The notes below the pieces were generated by a model. It ran no database searches. It was not told where the DNA came from and saw only the letters and a program-made list of their open reading frames with translations. A stretch of DNA of 64,000 bases from a virus: positions 1-64,000 of IMG/VR virus record IMGVR_UViG_3300032236_000548. One strand, given 5' to 3'. The position numbers were made by a program, and so were the translations under genes. This document shows positions 26,402-36,611 of this stretch, one piece after another (position 1 is the first letter of the stretch; the number at the start of each line of letters is the position of its first letter).

Positions 26402-26586
26402 TGACAGAAAATTTACAACCACCATCAGTTAGCGAAATGATCCGTATTACATCAGAAAATACTTCTGAATTTATGGAGCAAGTTGCTAAACATATTGACA
26501 AACTAGAAGATGCAATAGTAGGATTGCAAAAACGTGTTGCAGAACTTGAAGGTCAAAATGGCGACAATAACACGACACAGCAATAA
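26401..26586 (+). CDS. Hypothetical coiled-coil protein
   Basis: 61-aa ORF with heptad pattern. Confidence 0.6.
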   Translation: MTENLQPPSVSEMIRITSENTSEFMEQVAKHIDKLEDAIVGLQKRVAELEGQNGDNNTTQQ

Positions 26587-26791
26587 GTGTATAATTCGAC
26601 AAACGTCTAGTGGACGTGAAGTAGAAGGCGAGGTTATGGCTTTTAACGAAGGTCGTAATCTTACCGTAGTAATGAACAAGTCAGTTAAAATTATGATGAC
26701 TTGGAATGGCAGAATGTACGAGGGCCGGAGTGCTGGTATGGATTTCACTAGTAACGGCCCAACAGTAAGCAAAACACAGACTGGAAGATAA
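26558..26791 (+). CDS. Hypothetical protein
   Basis: ORF, likely start ATG 26558. Confidence 0.6.
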   Translation: MATITRHSNKCIIRQTSSGREVEGEVMAFNEGRNLTVVMNKSVKIMMTWNGRMYEGRSAGMDFTSNGPTVSKTQTGR

Positions 26792-26792
26792 A

Positions 26793-27212
26793 ATGAAAAT
26801 CGGACTTAGTTATAGCCGTTGCGTTCGAGATATTGTAGACGGTGTGGTAGATATCGACGATGTGCTCATATTGATTACCCGTACAGATTTTGATCCAAAT
26901 AAAGACGATGAATGGGCTAGTATTTGGCAAGGGTACCATAAGTTCTCTGCTTGGAGCAATCCTGAATGGAGCTCTTACGCAGATGAAGATGAAGACCGTT
27001 TCCGTTCAGTAAGCATCGAACTTTGGGAAACTGGTAAGCTACACCAACCACGTAAGTTTGGCGCACACCCAGTCCGCCGCCCAGAAATTTGGCTAGAAAC
27101 TGTATTGCCAAACAGTGAATTGGAAAAGAATCCTACTGCCAAAATGGCTTGGGACAAGTTCCAAACTGTTGCCGGATTGACCAATGTTGAATTGGACGAA
27201 AAGTATCGTTAA
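26793..27212 (+). CDS. Hypothetical phage protein
   Basis: MKIGLSYSRCVRDI..GKLHQPR. Confidence 0.7.
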   Translation: MKIGLSYSRCVRDIVDGVVDIDDVLILITRTDFDPNKDDEWASIWQGYHKFSAWSNPEWSSYADEDEDRFRSVSIELWETGKLHQPRKFGAHPVRRPEIWLETVLPNSELEKNPTAKMAWDKFQTVAGLTNVELDEKYR

Positions 27213-27216
27213 TTGA

Positions 27217-27245
27217 TTGACACTGTAACCGAATTATTATACAAT
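27217..27245 (+). promoter_or_regulatory. Sigma70 promoter
   Basis: TTGACA-17-TACAAT. Confidence 0.75.
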
Positions 27246-27277
27246 ACTAATATCGTAACTTGATAGAAAGTTGTAAA

Positions 27278-27685
27278 ATGATTCGGTTAATGATCCTTAT
27301 CGGATTTATAATTTGGGCGATGAAGGCATGCGGCCCGCTCGATACTACATCTGCACAAGCCCCTGTACAAGAACAAGTCGAATACGACCAAGAAGGTTGT
27401 AACATCAAAACATCGAGTCGTTTGGCAAATGAGCACAAAGTTAGTGCTATTCGCAATTTGGAAAAACAAGAATTCAATTTTGGCACTAAAAATGAGTGTA
27501 CTGTAGACTACGATATTACAGTAGACGGCACAGAATATCATTTAACCGAAACTGAAACCGGGCTGGAACAAATGGCTAGTGTCTGCTACTATGCTACAGA
27601 CAGAGCTCGTAAAAACTTACTTTTGAGTTTGGGTGGAAACTTCAAAACAGAAGCCAATATCAATTGCCGTAGGCACGATCAATAA
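27278..27685 (+). CDS. Membrane-anchored/exported hypothetical protein
   Basis: N-terminal hydrophobic helix ending KAC; several Cys. Confidence 0.6.
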   Translation: MIRLMILIGFIIWAMKACGPLDTTSAQAPVQEQVEYDQEGCNIKTSSRLANEHKVSAIRNLEKQEFNFGTKNECTVDYDITVDGTEYHLTETETGLEQMASVCYYATDRARKNLLLSLGGNFKTEANINCRRHDQ

Positions 27686-27701
27686 TTTGGTAAACTTGTA
27701 T

Positions 27702-27730
27702 TTGACACTAGACTCAATCCGCAGTATAAT
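27702..27730 (+). promoter_or_regulatory. Sigma70 promoter
   Basis: TTGACA-17-TATAAT. Confidence 0.85.
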
Positions 27731-27762
27731 AGTAACATCAACACACACAGAAAGGCACTATT

Positions 27763-27891
27763 ATGAAGGCATTTGTATTAGGCACAATTTTTGGAATTGT
27801 TTTAGCTACAGTTGGGTTTTCCGGCATTGCTAAGATTATGGACAAAGGTTTAGACACAGTTAAAACTCAGAGTACGGAGTTGGCAAAATGA
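27763..27891 (+). CDS. Small membrane protein (42 aa, not in ORF track)
   Basis: MKAFVLGTIFGIVLATVGFSG..; AAAGG RBS. Confidence 0.65.
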   Translation: MKAFVLGTIFGIVLATVGFSGIAKIMDKGLDTVKTQSTELAK

Positions 27892-28010
27892 AATTGGTAG
27901 TATCATTAATTTTGGTTTCGGCCCTTGCCGCTTGCTCAACAGTAGCAGGTGTAGGTAAGGATATTCAATCGTCCGCAGAATGGACTAAAGAAAAGATGAG
28001 TGGAAAATGA
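27888..28010 (+). CDS. Entericidin A/B-family lipoprotein (40 aa, not in ORF track)
   Basis: MKLVVSLILVSALAAC-STVAGVGKDIQS: lipobox plus EcnAB-like C.T..G.GKDI. Confidence 0.75.
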   Translation: MKLVVSLILVSALAACSTVAGVGKDIQSSAEWTKEKMSGK

Positions 28011-28564
28011 AAAAGATTTTATTGCTAGTTCCTGTAATTGCAATTTTAACAGCTTGTGGTTCAACCCGTGATCCGTACGAACGCCGTGCAGATGCTGAAC
28101 GTGAACGTCAAGAACGTTATGTAGAAAAGGCTATCGATCAAGCACCTAAGTGGATGTTCAATCCTCCATTGAGTAATAGTGCTGTCTATGAAGCTGGTAC
28201 AGCCGTCAGCGGTGACTTTAGTATGTCAGATATTAAAGCCAAAGCAGATGCATATGGTAAGATTTGTATGGCGGCCGGCGGCACAGCAAGTCAGCGTACA
28301 AAGATCTATCGTATGGATAGTGACCGTGCAAGTACAGAAGTTTCAGAAATGGCACTTCGCACTTCATGTAAAGAAGTTGACCTTACAGGTGTAGAGGTTA
28401 AGGAAATTAAGCGAGTGGCAGAAGGTACACGTTTCCGTACCTATGTATTAGTTGCCCTCCCAACAGGTGATGCTAACATTTTGCGTCGAGCAAAAGAGGA
28501 AGCAAAACAACGTCAGTTTGCCGAAGGTCGTGCAGACAAAGCATTTAAAGAAATGGACAATTAA
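28007..28564 (+). CDS. Lipoprotein (LPP20-like)
   Basis: LTAC lipobox; APKW..A..KA..A. Confidence 0.7.
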   Translation: MKKILLLVPVIAILTACGSTRDPYERRADAERERQERYVEKAIDQAPKWMFNPPLSNSAVYEAGTAVSGDFSMSDIKAKADAYGKICMAAGGTASQRTKIYRMDSDRASTEVSEMALRTSCKEVDLTGVEVKEIKRVAEGTRFRTYVLVALPTGDANILRRAKEEAKQRQFAEGRADKAFKEMDN

Positions 28565-28565
28565 T

Positions 28566-28883
28566 ATGTTTAAAGAAATTTCAGCAATCGTAGTCGGCTG
28601 GGTCGCAGTTATCGTGTTTCTTACATTTGGTAGTTTTTACACTTACCAATATTTTGCACCCAAGTATCGTCAAGTAGATAACGAAGTATTCAAACAAAGC
28701 GAGCAGTACAATGACGGCATGATCCGTGATTTGGAAAACTTGCAGATTGAATATATCAGTGCTGATGCGGAGAAGAAACAAGCTCTCCGTGCTATTGTGT
28801 TACACCGTTTTAGTGTATACCCAGAGGATAAAATGCCTCCCAACCTTCGTAATTTTTATAACAGTTTGAAAGCAGGTAAGTAA
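28566..28883 (+). CDS. Membrane-anchored hypothetical protein
   Basis: N-terminal TM helix; start corrected to 28566. Confidence 0.65.
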   Translation: MFKEISAIVVGWVAVIVFLTFGSFYTYQYFAPKYRQVDNEVFKQSEQYNDGMIRDLENLQIEYISADAEKKQALRAIVLHRFSVYPEDKMPPNLRNFYNSLKAGK

Positions 28884-28884
28884 A

Positions 28885-29364
28885 ATGAAAAGTATTCTAG
28901 CCCTTGTAGCTGTCGCAACTCTTTTGACAGCGTGTGATGTTAAAGAAACATCCACTCAAATCGAGCGCCGTAAGCAAGAAGAACTCAGTTTGCAAGGCGT
29001 ACAGTCAGTTGGTATGCCTAGTATTGTAAACTTTGCTGAAAAGCGTATGATGAAAGACATTATCGAGTTGCGTGATCAAAACGTAGCCACTTATGTTTAC
29101 ATCACTGACATGAACGGTAAATTACATAAGGTTTGTAATGCAGTTGGCTATGGCTTGCCTTATGCTACTCAGTATACTAACCCAATGCGTATTAGTGGAG
29201 ATGGGCATGGCTATGTAACGTTGCCACAAGCTGATCCGAATGGATTGTATAGTCCTGCAAGTGCCGACGGTACTTGGGTATTGTGCGTAGACACTAAGTC
29301 TGGCAAGCCTAAGCCAGTTTATATTGAACCACGTGTTATTGTAAGCCCGATTGCTTTAGACTAA
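28885..29364 (+). CDS. Lipoprotein
   Basis: LTAC lipobox; GYGLPY.TQYTNP, QADPNGLY. Confidence 0.7.
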   Translation: MKSILALVAVATLLTACDVKETSTQIERRKQEELSLQGVQSVGMPSIVNFAEKRMMKDIIELRDQNVATYVYITDMNGKLHKVCNAVGYGLPYATQYTNPMRISGDGHGYVTLPQADPNGLYSPASADGTWVLCVDTKSGKPKPVYIEPRVIVSPIALD

Positions 29365-29365
29365 T

Positions 29366-29905
29366 ATGAATTGGCCAGTAATTAGAAAAATTATTTGGCA
29401 ACCTAGCGGCGGGTATTGGCTATTCTACTGGAGTGCCATTTACCTTGCCGTTGGAATGTATTCCACTTTTGTTGATAAATTTGCTCGATTTGAATTGATT
29501 GAGTGTGCGTGGTTGTGTATAATTGCTTTACCGTTAATATGTAATCCGCTGGCTCGCCGGCTCAATATGAAAGAGAATCATATGTTTGATTTATTTAAAA
29601 AGAAAAGTAATGTAGTTGCGTTTCCAGAAGTTCCAAAGACAGAAGTTAAGAATCCATATATTCCTCCAGAACCGGAGAAGCCTGCTACCACTTACTACCG
29701 GTTAGGTATTACTAGTAATGGTCGTGTTAGTTTCCAAATGGGTTACAGTGAAATTACTATGAACGCTGGTGGTATCAATAACATGATTGAGCAGTTGGAA
29801 GTATTCCGTGATCAAATCCTTCAATATGAAGATCATGGTCCAGAAGATGATCCAGATGGTGGAGAGCCAGTACCAGTGCCAGCAAAAGAACAGAAGGCCG
29901 CATAA
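29366..29905 (+). CDS. Hypothetical membrane protein
   Basis: Two hydrophobic segments followed by a soluble domain. Confidence 0.55.
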   Translation: MNWPVIRKIIWQPSGGYWLFYWSAIYLAVGMYSTFVDKFARFELIECAWLCIIALPLICNPLARRLNMKENHMFDLFKKKSNVVAFPEVPKTEVKNPYIPPEPEKPATTYYRLGITSNGRVSFQMGYSEITMNAGGINNMIEQLEVFRDQILQYEDHGPEDDPDGGEPVPVPAKEQKAA

Positions 29906-30084
29906 TGAGCAGTAGAGGTATCATAGCACAGCAACCTGACGAAGTTTGTGAGATGTGCGGTAAGGTTGACGAGTGCAGACCTTATGGCCCAAACGATGAA
30001 AACATCTGTTTTGAGTGCGCCATGAAGGATGAAGATACAACCCGTCGTAAGATGGAACAATATATTTTTGGAGAAAGCGAATGA
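29905..30084 (+). CDS. Small Zn-finger protein (59 aa, not in ORF track)
   Basis: CEMC..CRPYG..ICFEC; overlaps both neighbours. Confidence 0.65.
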   Translation: MSSRGIIAQQPDEVCEMCGKVDECRPYGPNDENICFECAMKDEDTTRRKMEQYIFGESE

Positions 30085-30452
30085 ATCCATTTCGGGATCA
30101 AGAGAAGTTTATGAAAGCATGTGATCAAACGACAGATAACTGGAACGTTGAACAGTTCAATTTGTATGTTAATTTGATTGAAGAAGAATTCAGCGACGAG
30201 CTGAAGACTGCTATTAAAAATTGTGACAATGTTGAGATTGTCGATGCATTAATCGATATCCTTGTTGTTACAATCGGAGCATTACATAGCATGGGTGCAG
30301 ATGCTGAAGGTGCTTGGAAAGAAGTTATGAAAACTAACTTTGCAAAAATCGGCGAAGACGGCAAAGTTCGTAAACGCGAAGACGGCAAAGTATTAAAGCC
30401 AGTAGGTTGGGTTCCGCCAAACTTGGAACCTTTTGTAAAGAAGAATGTATAA
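30081..30452 (+). CDS. MazG-like/PRA-PH nucleotide pyrophosphohydrolase
   Basis: LIEEE..E..DALID..G; N..K..REDGKVLKP.GW. Confidence 0.8.
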   Translation: MNPFRDQEKFMKACDQTTDNWNVEQFNLYVNLIEEEFSDELKTAIKNCDNVEIVDALIDILVVTIGALHSMGADAEGAWKEVMKTNFAKIGEDGKVRKREDGKVLKPVGWVPPNLEPFVKKNV

Positions 30453-30579
30453 AGTAAAATATTGGTTACTTGGATCTTTGAAATCGAAAAAGTTTACATC
30501 ATTGCACGATGCTGTTATATTTTCGGTTTACAAAGCCCCATTTCAAAGTATTCACGAAATTTATAAAATAGAGGATTAA
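30445..30579 (+). CDS. Small hypothetical protein (44 aa)
   Basis: Open frame filling the gap before clpP. Confidence 0.4.
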   Translation: MYKVKYWLLGSLKSKKFTSLHDAVIFSVYKAPFQSIHEIYKIED

Positions 30580-30580
30580 G

Positions 30581-31171
30581 ATGCCAAATTTAGTACCAAT
30601 GGTAATTGAGCAAGAAGCTCGCGGAGAACGTAGTTATGACATTTACAGTCGCTTGCTCAAGGATCGGATTGTCATGTTGGACACAGATGTAAACGAGCAC
30701 TCTGCTAGTTTGCTAGTAGCACAGCTACTATTTTTAGAAAGTCAAGGTAATGAAGACATTACTTTTTTCATCAACAGTCCTGGGGGTGTGGTTACTGCCG
30801 GCATGGCTATCTACGACACAATGCAATTTATCAAACCTGACGTGTCGACAGTGGTTATGGGTCAGGCTTGTAGCATGGGTTCCTTGCTCGCTACTGCTGG
30901 GGCTCCTGGCAAACGCAAAATGCTTCCAAACGCTCGTCACATGATTCACCAGCCCTCGGGCGGTGCTGGTGGACAAGCTACAGACATGGAAATCCAAGTT
31001 GAAGAAATCCTTAAAATGAAACGAAATTTAACCCAGATTTATGTAAACCATAATTCTAAGGGTAAAACTTTTGAGGACTTTAAAAACGATATGGAACGTG
31101 ATAAGTTCATGAGTGCCCAAGAAGCCCTGGATTATGGGTTGATTGACGAGATCATTACAAAACGTCCATAA
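30581..31171 (+). CDS. clpP: Clp protease proteolytic subunit
   Basis: [22 protein letters not shown] (Ser), MIHQP (His), ERDKFM. Confidence 0.95.
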   Translation: MPNLVPMVIEQEARGERSYDIYSRLLKDRIVMLDTDVNEHSASLLVAQLLFLESQGNEDITFFINSPGGVVTAGMAIYDTMQFIKPDVSTVVMGQACSMGSLLATAGAPGKRKMLPNARHMIHQPSGGAGGQATDMEIQVEEILKMKRNLTQIYVNHNSKGKTFEDFKNDMERDKFMSAQEALDYGLIDEIITKRP

Positions 31172-31190
31172 AGTGCGTATATAATTGATA

Positions 31191-31235
31191 GCCGTAGTAT
31201 ACTATAAATAGATATGTCTAGGAGTATACTATGGC
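31191..31235 (+). promoter_or_regulatory. T4-type late promoter within an RBS/AUG-occluding hairpin
   Basis: TATAAATA 31203-31210; GCCGTAGTATACT pairs with AGTATACTATGGC. Confidence 0.65.
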
Positions 31236-31956
31236 CCAATTACCATTCAACTGGTCCGAACTTGATAGAAGTACCCTGTATTCTATGTTCTACTCGCTGA
31301 ACAGCGAAATAGTAGGCAAAGAGTTATCTCCTGGCCAAATTCAAAAACGTATCAACAAGCACGTTAAAGCGCATTTACCCGTTAAACTTAAAAAGTGTAT
31401 CCACGCTCCTACTACTAAAGGATTCGTGTTTATGGGCGGAGTATATTATAGCAATTTGGATCGAAAAGGACTTCCGGCTATAGAAGTTAATTTTAACTAT
31501 AATCCAACAGACAGCAAGTTAAAACTTACACAGTATCGTTTCAAACGTATGGCTGTTCGCTTTGCAGATGTAATGCTACACGAAATGGTCCACATGCGTC
31601 AATTCCGTGCTAGAAACTTTAAAGACATTCCAGGCTATCAAAGTACAGCAGAATTAACTAAAGAACGAAAAAAGCAAGAGTACTACGGTGACAGGGACGA
31701 AATGGGTGCCCACGCATTCAATACAGCTTGCGAACTAATTGATCGGTTTGGTTACGATCCAACTACTATTGGACACTACTTAGATACTTTTGAGTGTCGA
31801 AAGCATAAAAACTCTACATGGTGTGATTATTTGAAAACATTCGATTGGAATCACAACCATCCAATTATACGCAGAATGAGAAATTTAATTATGCGACAAT
31901 TGGAGAATGCCGCCAACGGCAAACCATTTAAGACATCTACCCACTTGACATACTGA
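31231..31956 (+). CDS. Hypothetical HEXXH (zincin-like) protein
   Basis: MLHEMVH.RQ..YYGD.DEMGAHA. Confidence 0.6.
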   Translation: MAQLPFNWSELDRSTLYSMFYSLNSEIVGKELSPGQIQKRINKHVKAHLPVKLKKCIHAPTTKGFVFMGGVYYSNLDRKGLPAIEVNFNYNPTDSKLKLTQYRFKRMAVRFADVMLHEMVHMRQFRARNFKDIPGYQSTAELTKERKKQEYYGDRDEMGAHAFNTACELIDRFGYDPTTIGHYLDTFECRKHKNSTWCDYLKTFDWNHNHPIIRRMRNLIMRQLENAANGKPFKTSTHLTY

Positions 31957-31973
31957 TAATTAGACTGTATACT
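31945..31973 (+). promoter_or_regulatory. Sigma70 promoter
   Basis: TTGACA-17-TATACT. Confidence 0.7.
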
Positions 31974-32007
31974 AGCTATTATTAACTAGTTATTAAAAGG
32001 TCTATTC

Positions 32008-33330
32008 ATGAGCGATCCATGCTACCGCGTTATTTCTTCTTTGGAAGATCATCCTAGCCGTTTGAACAAAGAAGCTATTATTTTGATACAAGCTCAAGAT
32101 GGCAACAAAGAATTCTTTGAAGGTTGTCGCCTAGCACTAGATCCAATGATTACCTTTGGACTTAAACAAATATCGGAGAAAACAGATGAAGACGGCCCTG
32201 GCTTACCTTGGGACAGTTTTACTCTCGCTCTTACTGGTTTCATTACTCGCAATGTCACCGGTAATACAGCACGGACTATGATTGAAACTATGATGAAATC
32301 AGCTACCAAAAAAGAGTGGAATGGCTGGTATCGTCGGATCCTTATCAAAGACTTGCGTTGCGGAGTAAGCGAAAAAACAATTAACAAAGTAGTGGAGAAG
32401 AAATATGCTGACTATAGCATTCCTGTTTTCGGTTGTCAACTTGCTCACGATAGTGCAAATCATGAGTCTAAAGTGTCAGGAAAGAAACTTATCGAAGTTA
32501 AACTTGATGGGGTTAGGGTTATCACTATTGTTCGCTGTGACGGCCGTGTCGATATGTTTAGTCGGAATGGTAAAGAGCTGGTAAACTTTCCGCAAATTGC
32601 TGAACAGATTAGTAACGTAGTTAAATCAGACCCTCCACCATATGATCTAGTATTAGACGGTGAAGTAATGTCTAGCAGTTTCCAAGACTTAATGAAACAA
32701 GTACATCGTAAGAGTGATGTTCAAAGTGAAGACGCTATTCTTAATTTGTTTGACGTTATTCCATTAGAAGACTTTGAAAAAGGTGTTTGGGATAGAAAAC
32801 AATCGGATCGTAGTGACATGGTTTACTACTGGCATAAAAAGCATAAAGATGCATTACCTAATGTTGCAGTTGTTGGGCACGAGCTTGTTGATTTAAATAC
32901 AGACGAAGGGCAAAAGCGTTTTAAAGAAATTAACGCTCAGGCAATTGTTGGTGGCTACGAAGGTATTATGATTAAAGATCCAGAAGCTGGATACGAATGT
33001 AAGCGTAGTGTAGCATGGTTGAAACTAAAGCCCTTTATCGAAGTATCGTTGGAGGTAACTGGTGTTGAAGAAGGAACTGGTAAGAATGTTGGCAAACTTG
33101 GTGCGCTTATTTGCGAAGGTACCGACGATGGTAAAGCAATCCGTGTCAACGTGGGATCCGGTTTTACTGATGCTAATCGCGATGAATATTGGAGCGATCG
33201 TACAGGCCTACTTGGAAACATTGTCGAAGTGAGAGCCGATGCTATTACACAAAATCAAGACGGTACTTATAGTTTGCGATTTCCACGCTTTAAAGGTTTT
33301 AGAGGATTTCAAGCAGGTGAAAAAATTTAA
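32008..33330 (+). CDS. ATP-dependent DNA ligase
   Basis: EVKLDGVR, LDGE, FD, EGIMIK, WLKLK, LRFPRF. Confidence 0.95.
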   Translation: MSDPCYRVISSLEDHPSRLNKEAIILIQAQDGNKEFFEGCRLALDPMITFGLKQISEKTDEDGPGLPWDSFTLALTGFITRNVTGNTARTMIETMMKSATKKEWNGWYRRILIKDLRCGVSEKTINKVVEKKYADYSIPVFGCQLAHDSANHESKVSGKKLIEVKLDGVRVITIVRCDGRVDMFSRNGKELVNFPQIAEQISNVVKSDPPPYDLVLDGEVMSSSFQDLMKQVHRKSDVQSEDAILNLFDVIPLEDFEKGVWDRKQSDRSDMVYYWHKKHKDALPNVAVVGHELVDLNTDEGQKRFKEINAQAIVGGYEGIMIKDPEAGYECKRSVAWLKLKPFIEVSLEVTGVEEGTGKNVGKLGALICEGTDDGKAIRVNVGSGFTDANRDEYWSDRTGLLGNIVEVRADAITQNQDGTYSLRFPRFKGFRGFQAGEKI

Positions 33331-33331
33331 C

Positions 33332-33577
33332 ATGGAAAGATTGCGTGTAATTGGTATGATTGTCCTTGTAGGATCCATACTAATTCTAGCATGGCCAGTT
33401 CAACTGATAGACGATGATATACACACTCATCGTTTCTGTGCATACGGGCAAGTATACGTAGAATTCCAACACGGCTCTAGCAGATGGGGCACAACATTTT
33501 TAGATGAATACGGACATCCTATTTCATGCAATGAAGACGATGTCAAAACACAAACAGCACACAAGGAAGTAATATGA
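33332..33577 (+). CDS. Hypothetical membrane-anchored protein
   Basis: TM N-terminus; start ATG 33332. Confidence 0.55.
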   Translation: MERLRVIGMIVLVGSILILAWPVQLIDDDIHTHRFCAYGQVYVEFQHGSSRWGTTFLDEYGHPISCNEDDVKTQTAHKEVI

Positions 33578-34410
33578 GTAGAACTCATTATTGGACAATT
33601 GGAAAGTTTGCAGATTGGGTGCGAGGAACTCCTAAACTCAAAATGGGTACCAGTGAGCAATGGGGCGAGTGGGAACGCAAAGCTCAAGGCTATAGTAAAC
33701 TACGGTACTGGCTAGCAGAAGAAGGATTAGACTATGCTCAAAAAATTGTTTTCTTTATCCCAGATACAATCCATGCGATTAAGTATTATATTAATAACCG
33801 CTATATCACTCGCAGTCACGCTCTTACTGCCCATCCTCGCGATATTAAACCTGGGGCTTGGCGTGATGTGGGAGACCGTTTTTTGCCTTGCCTATTTAAT
33901 GAGCTACAGGATTTTGTGGAAGTGGAACTCGCCTGGTGGCACCTTGCCTGGAGCCCAGAAGAAAGACCAAAATACAATATGCCATGGTGGGCAGTCGGTT
34001 GGTGGCGTATACGTACATGGCGTTGCCCACAAGCTGGATTGGACAACCTCGAGTGGCAACGACAGCTTCGTTGGAAAGAAGACGAAGTTGGGCCCAACTC
34101 AGACAGCTTGGGCAAACTTACACCACAAGCAGTTAAAGCACAAGAGATTCTTGACCTGTACACATGGTGGACACAAGTATATCGTAATCGTCCAGAACCA
34201 ATGGAAGCCAGTGGTTGGAGTGCTTACTGTGAAGCCGCAAGACTTGCAAACGGTGGCAAATTAAGTTTCGGCGGTGACAAGACTCCTGAGCTTGCTAAGA
34301 TGAGCAAAGTTGCTATGAAGAAGCTACACAAGATGGAAGCTGATTACGAAAAAGAAGACGAACAAATGATGATTCGACTAATAAAAGTTCGACACGGCCT
34401 CTGGACTTAA
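33574..34410 (+). CDS. Hypothetical Trp-rich phage protein
   Basis: 278-aa ORF, AAGGA RBS. Confidence 0.7.
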   Translation: MSRTHYWTIGKFADWVRGTPKLKMGTSEQWGEWERKAQGYSKLRYWLAEEGLDYAQKIVFFIPDTIHAIKYYINNRYITRSHALTAHPRDIKPGAWRDVGDRFLPCLFNELQDFVEVELAWWHLAWSPEERPKYNMPWWAVGWWRIRTWRCPQAGLDNLEWQRQLRWKEDEVGPNSDSLGKLTPQAVKAQEILDLYTWWTQVYRNRPEPMEASGWSAYCEAARLANGGKLSFGGDKTPELAKMSKVAMKKLHKMEADYEKEDEQMMIRLIKVRHGLWT

Positions 34411-34417
34411 TAAGTAC

Positions 34418-35677
34418 ATGATGGATAAAAAAGATACTATATGTGCAATACCGTGGATGCACTTAAATTTCGAACCCAACGGTAAGGTAGTTCCTTGTTG
34501 TTTAACCAGTCACCACAATTATTTTGCAGGTGACTTAAACACACAAACTATTGATGAGATTTGGAATAGCGACAACATGAAATCGTTGCGTAAGCAAATG
34601 ATTAATGGCGAGCGTCCAAAGATTTGTGATACTTGTTGGAACAAAGAAGATGTCACAGGAGTAAGTGGACGGTTTTATCAAAACAGAGACTTTCCAGATG
34701 TTCTTAAAAAGATCCCTGACATTACATTAGAAGACGGTACTTGTACTGAGATGGAGCTCAAGTATTGGGACTTCCGTTTTAGTAACTTGTGTAATTATAA
34801 ATGTCGCAGTTGCGGTCCACGCTATAGTTCTGCATGGGTGCCTGATGCTAAAAAGCTCGGCTACACCGACCAAGAAAAAGTATGGAATATCGAAGCAGTT
34901 GAGAACAAAGCAAACGTCGACTTCCTAGAGGATCAGATAGACACTGTTCGTAGAATTTATTTTGCCGGTGGCGAACCCTTACTCATGGACGAGCACTGGC
35001 AGATACTTGACAAACTAGTAGAACGTAAACGTTTTGATGTTAAGTTAAGTTACAATACTAATGTTAGCACACTAACCTATGGTAAGAAGAATGTAGTTGA
35101 CTATTGGAAACAATGGCAATTAGGTAAACTAGAAGTATGGCCTAGTATTGACGAAATTGGTGAACGTGCTGAATTGATACGCAGTGGTACAGTCTGGAGT
35201 AAAGTAGAAGAAAACTTGAAAGAACTTGCCAAGTACGATAATATCATCTTGCGTCCTGGTATGACTATCGGTGCATGGAACGTTCGTAGACTTCCTACCA
35301 TTATCACATACTTGACCGACTTAGGAGTAGTTCGCCGCCATCCTGAAATTTATCAGTATGTTAACTATAATAATTTCTTTATAAACTTACTAGATCATCC
35401 TAGACATTACCATGTGGGTATTTTACCAGATGGCTACAAAAATGAAACTATCAAAGAGCTAGAAGCATTTGCCGAAGAATACAATAAAAAGTATAATACA
35501 GATATAAGTTCAGTCTTCACACAAATAATACACGAGCTTAAACAGCCTCATGATCCAGAAGCGGCTAAACGATTCTTACATACTACAAAACGTGTAGACG
35601 ATATCAGAGATGAGAAATTCTTTGATGTTGTTCCTGAACTTGCTATCATAAGAGATATGTACCCAGGAGTGTACTAA
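34418..35677 (+). CDS. Radical SAM protein with N-terminal SPASM/twitch domain
   Basis: C..PW..G.V.PCC..C..C, CNYKCRSC, FAGGEP. Confidence 0.9.
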   Translation: MMDKKDTICAIPWMHLNFEPNGKVVPCCLTSHHNYFAGDLNTQTIDEIWNSDNMKSLRKQMINGERPKICDTCWNKEDVTGVSGRFYQNRDFPDVLKKIPDITLEDGTCTEMELKYWDFRFSNLCNYKCRSCGPRYSSAWVPDAKKLGYTDQEKVWNIEAVENKANVDFLEDQIDTVRRIYFAGGEPLLMDEHWQILDKLVERKRFDVKLSYNTNVSTLTYGKKNVVDYWKQWQLGKLEVWPSIDEIGERAELIRSGTVWSKVEENLKELAKYDNIILRPGMTIGAWNVRRLPTIITYLTDLGVVRRHPEIYQYVNYNNFFINLLDHPRHYHVGILPDGYKNETIKELEAFAEEYNKKYNTDISSVFTQIIHELKQPHDPEAAKRFLHTTKRVDDIRDEKFFDVVPELAIIRDMYPGVY

Positions 35678-35678
35678 T

Positions 35679-36611
35679 ATGAGTACCATTGCTGTATTTG
35701 AAATGATGGATAAGAATCGAACTCCATATGCATTAACGTTCAACTTATACAACTCATCACTGGCCAAACGCTGGCAAGCAATGGTAGAACAAAATGTACA
35801 AGCTCAGCACGAGATTTACGCAAGTTTTATTAACCTTACTTACGACAGGCTTCCTGAAGTATTAGAAGAGCTTAATGAAATGGTTGCTATAATTAATCGC
35901 AACTATGATAAAAAGTTACCCGAGTTTATTAGCACAGAAATTTTAGATCAGCAAATCTTAAATGACTTGCATGAAGAGTACGAAGTGTACGGCGGTAGAA
36001 TCGATCAATTCGAATCTAAAAAATTACACGCAAGTTTTTTAAGATTAAACGAATTGATTCATGCTTGTGAAGAAATGACTGCAACCAAGGATAAGAAGTT
36101 TATCCCCATGAGTGCGCTAATCGACTATTACCCACAGGGCATACACGAGCCTTTGAAGGATCAGGATAAAGTATACCTAACTACAGACTTCAATTGGGGC
36201 AAGTTGTATCTAGGGTATAACACCTTAGGAAAAGATTGGTTAGAAGTGCAACGTCATAACGACTTAGATGTTATACTGAGAAATCAAGTTCGTAAGCAAG
36301 AAAGATTTGCCGCCGAATGTTGGTTAAACTTTACACAAGACGATACGTGTAAGTGGAATGCAACTCAGTTTGAAAAGTGGTATGATAAGTTATCTCCCGA
36401 GATACAAGCACAAGTTCCCGTAGACGACATGTCTGCGCTGGCATTAGGCAGATATGAAATTGGAACACTAGAGATTACAGAAAATTTCTTAGAATACCAC
36501 AATAACAAATCTGATTGGTTAGTTCCAGAACATCCGATAAAAGCAAAGTGGAACAAAGAAGTGTTTTCCACATTTAAAATAGTCAAGAGCATTAAGTTCA
36601 TAAATGTCTAA
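35679..36611 (+). CDS. Hypothetical protein in radical SAM cluster
   Basis: LNDLHEEY..LNELIH..LYLGYNTLGK. Confidence 0.65.
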   Translation: MSTIAVFEMMDKNRTPYALTFNLYNSSLAKRWQAMVEQNVQAQHEIYASFINLTYDRLPEVLEELNEMVAIINRNYDKKLPEFISTEILDQQILNDLHEEYEVYGGRIDQFESKKLHASFLRLNELIHACEEMTATKDKKFIPMSALIDYYPQGIHEPLKDQDKVYLTTDFNWGKLYLGYNTLGKDWLEVQRHNDLDVILRNQVRKQERFAAECWLNFTQDDTCKWNATQFEKWYDKLSPEIQAQVPVDDMSALALGRYEIGTLEITENFLEYHNNKSDWLVPEHPIKAKWNKEVFSTFKIVKSIKFINV

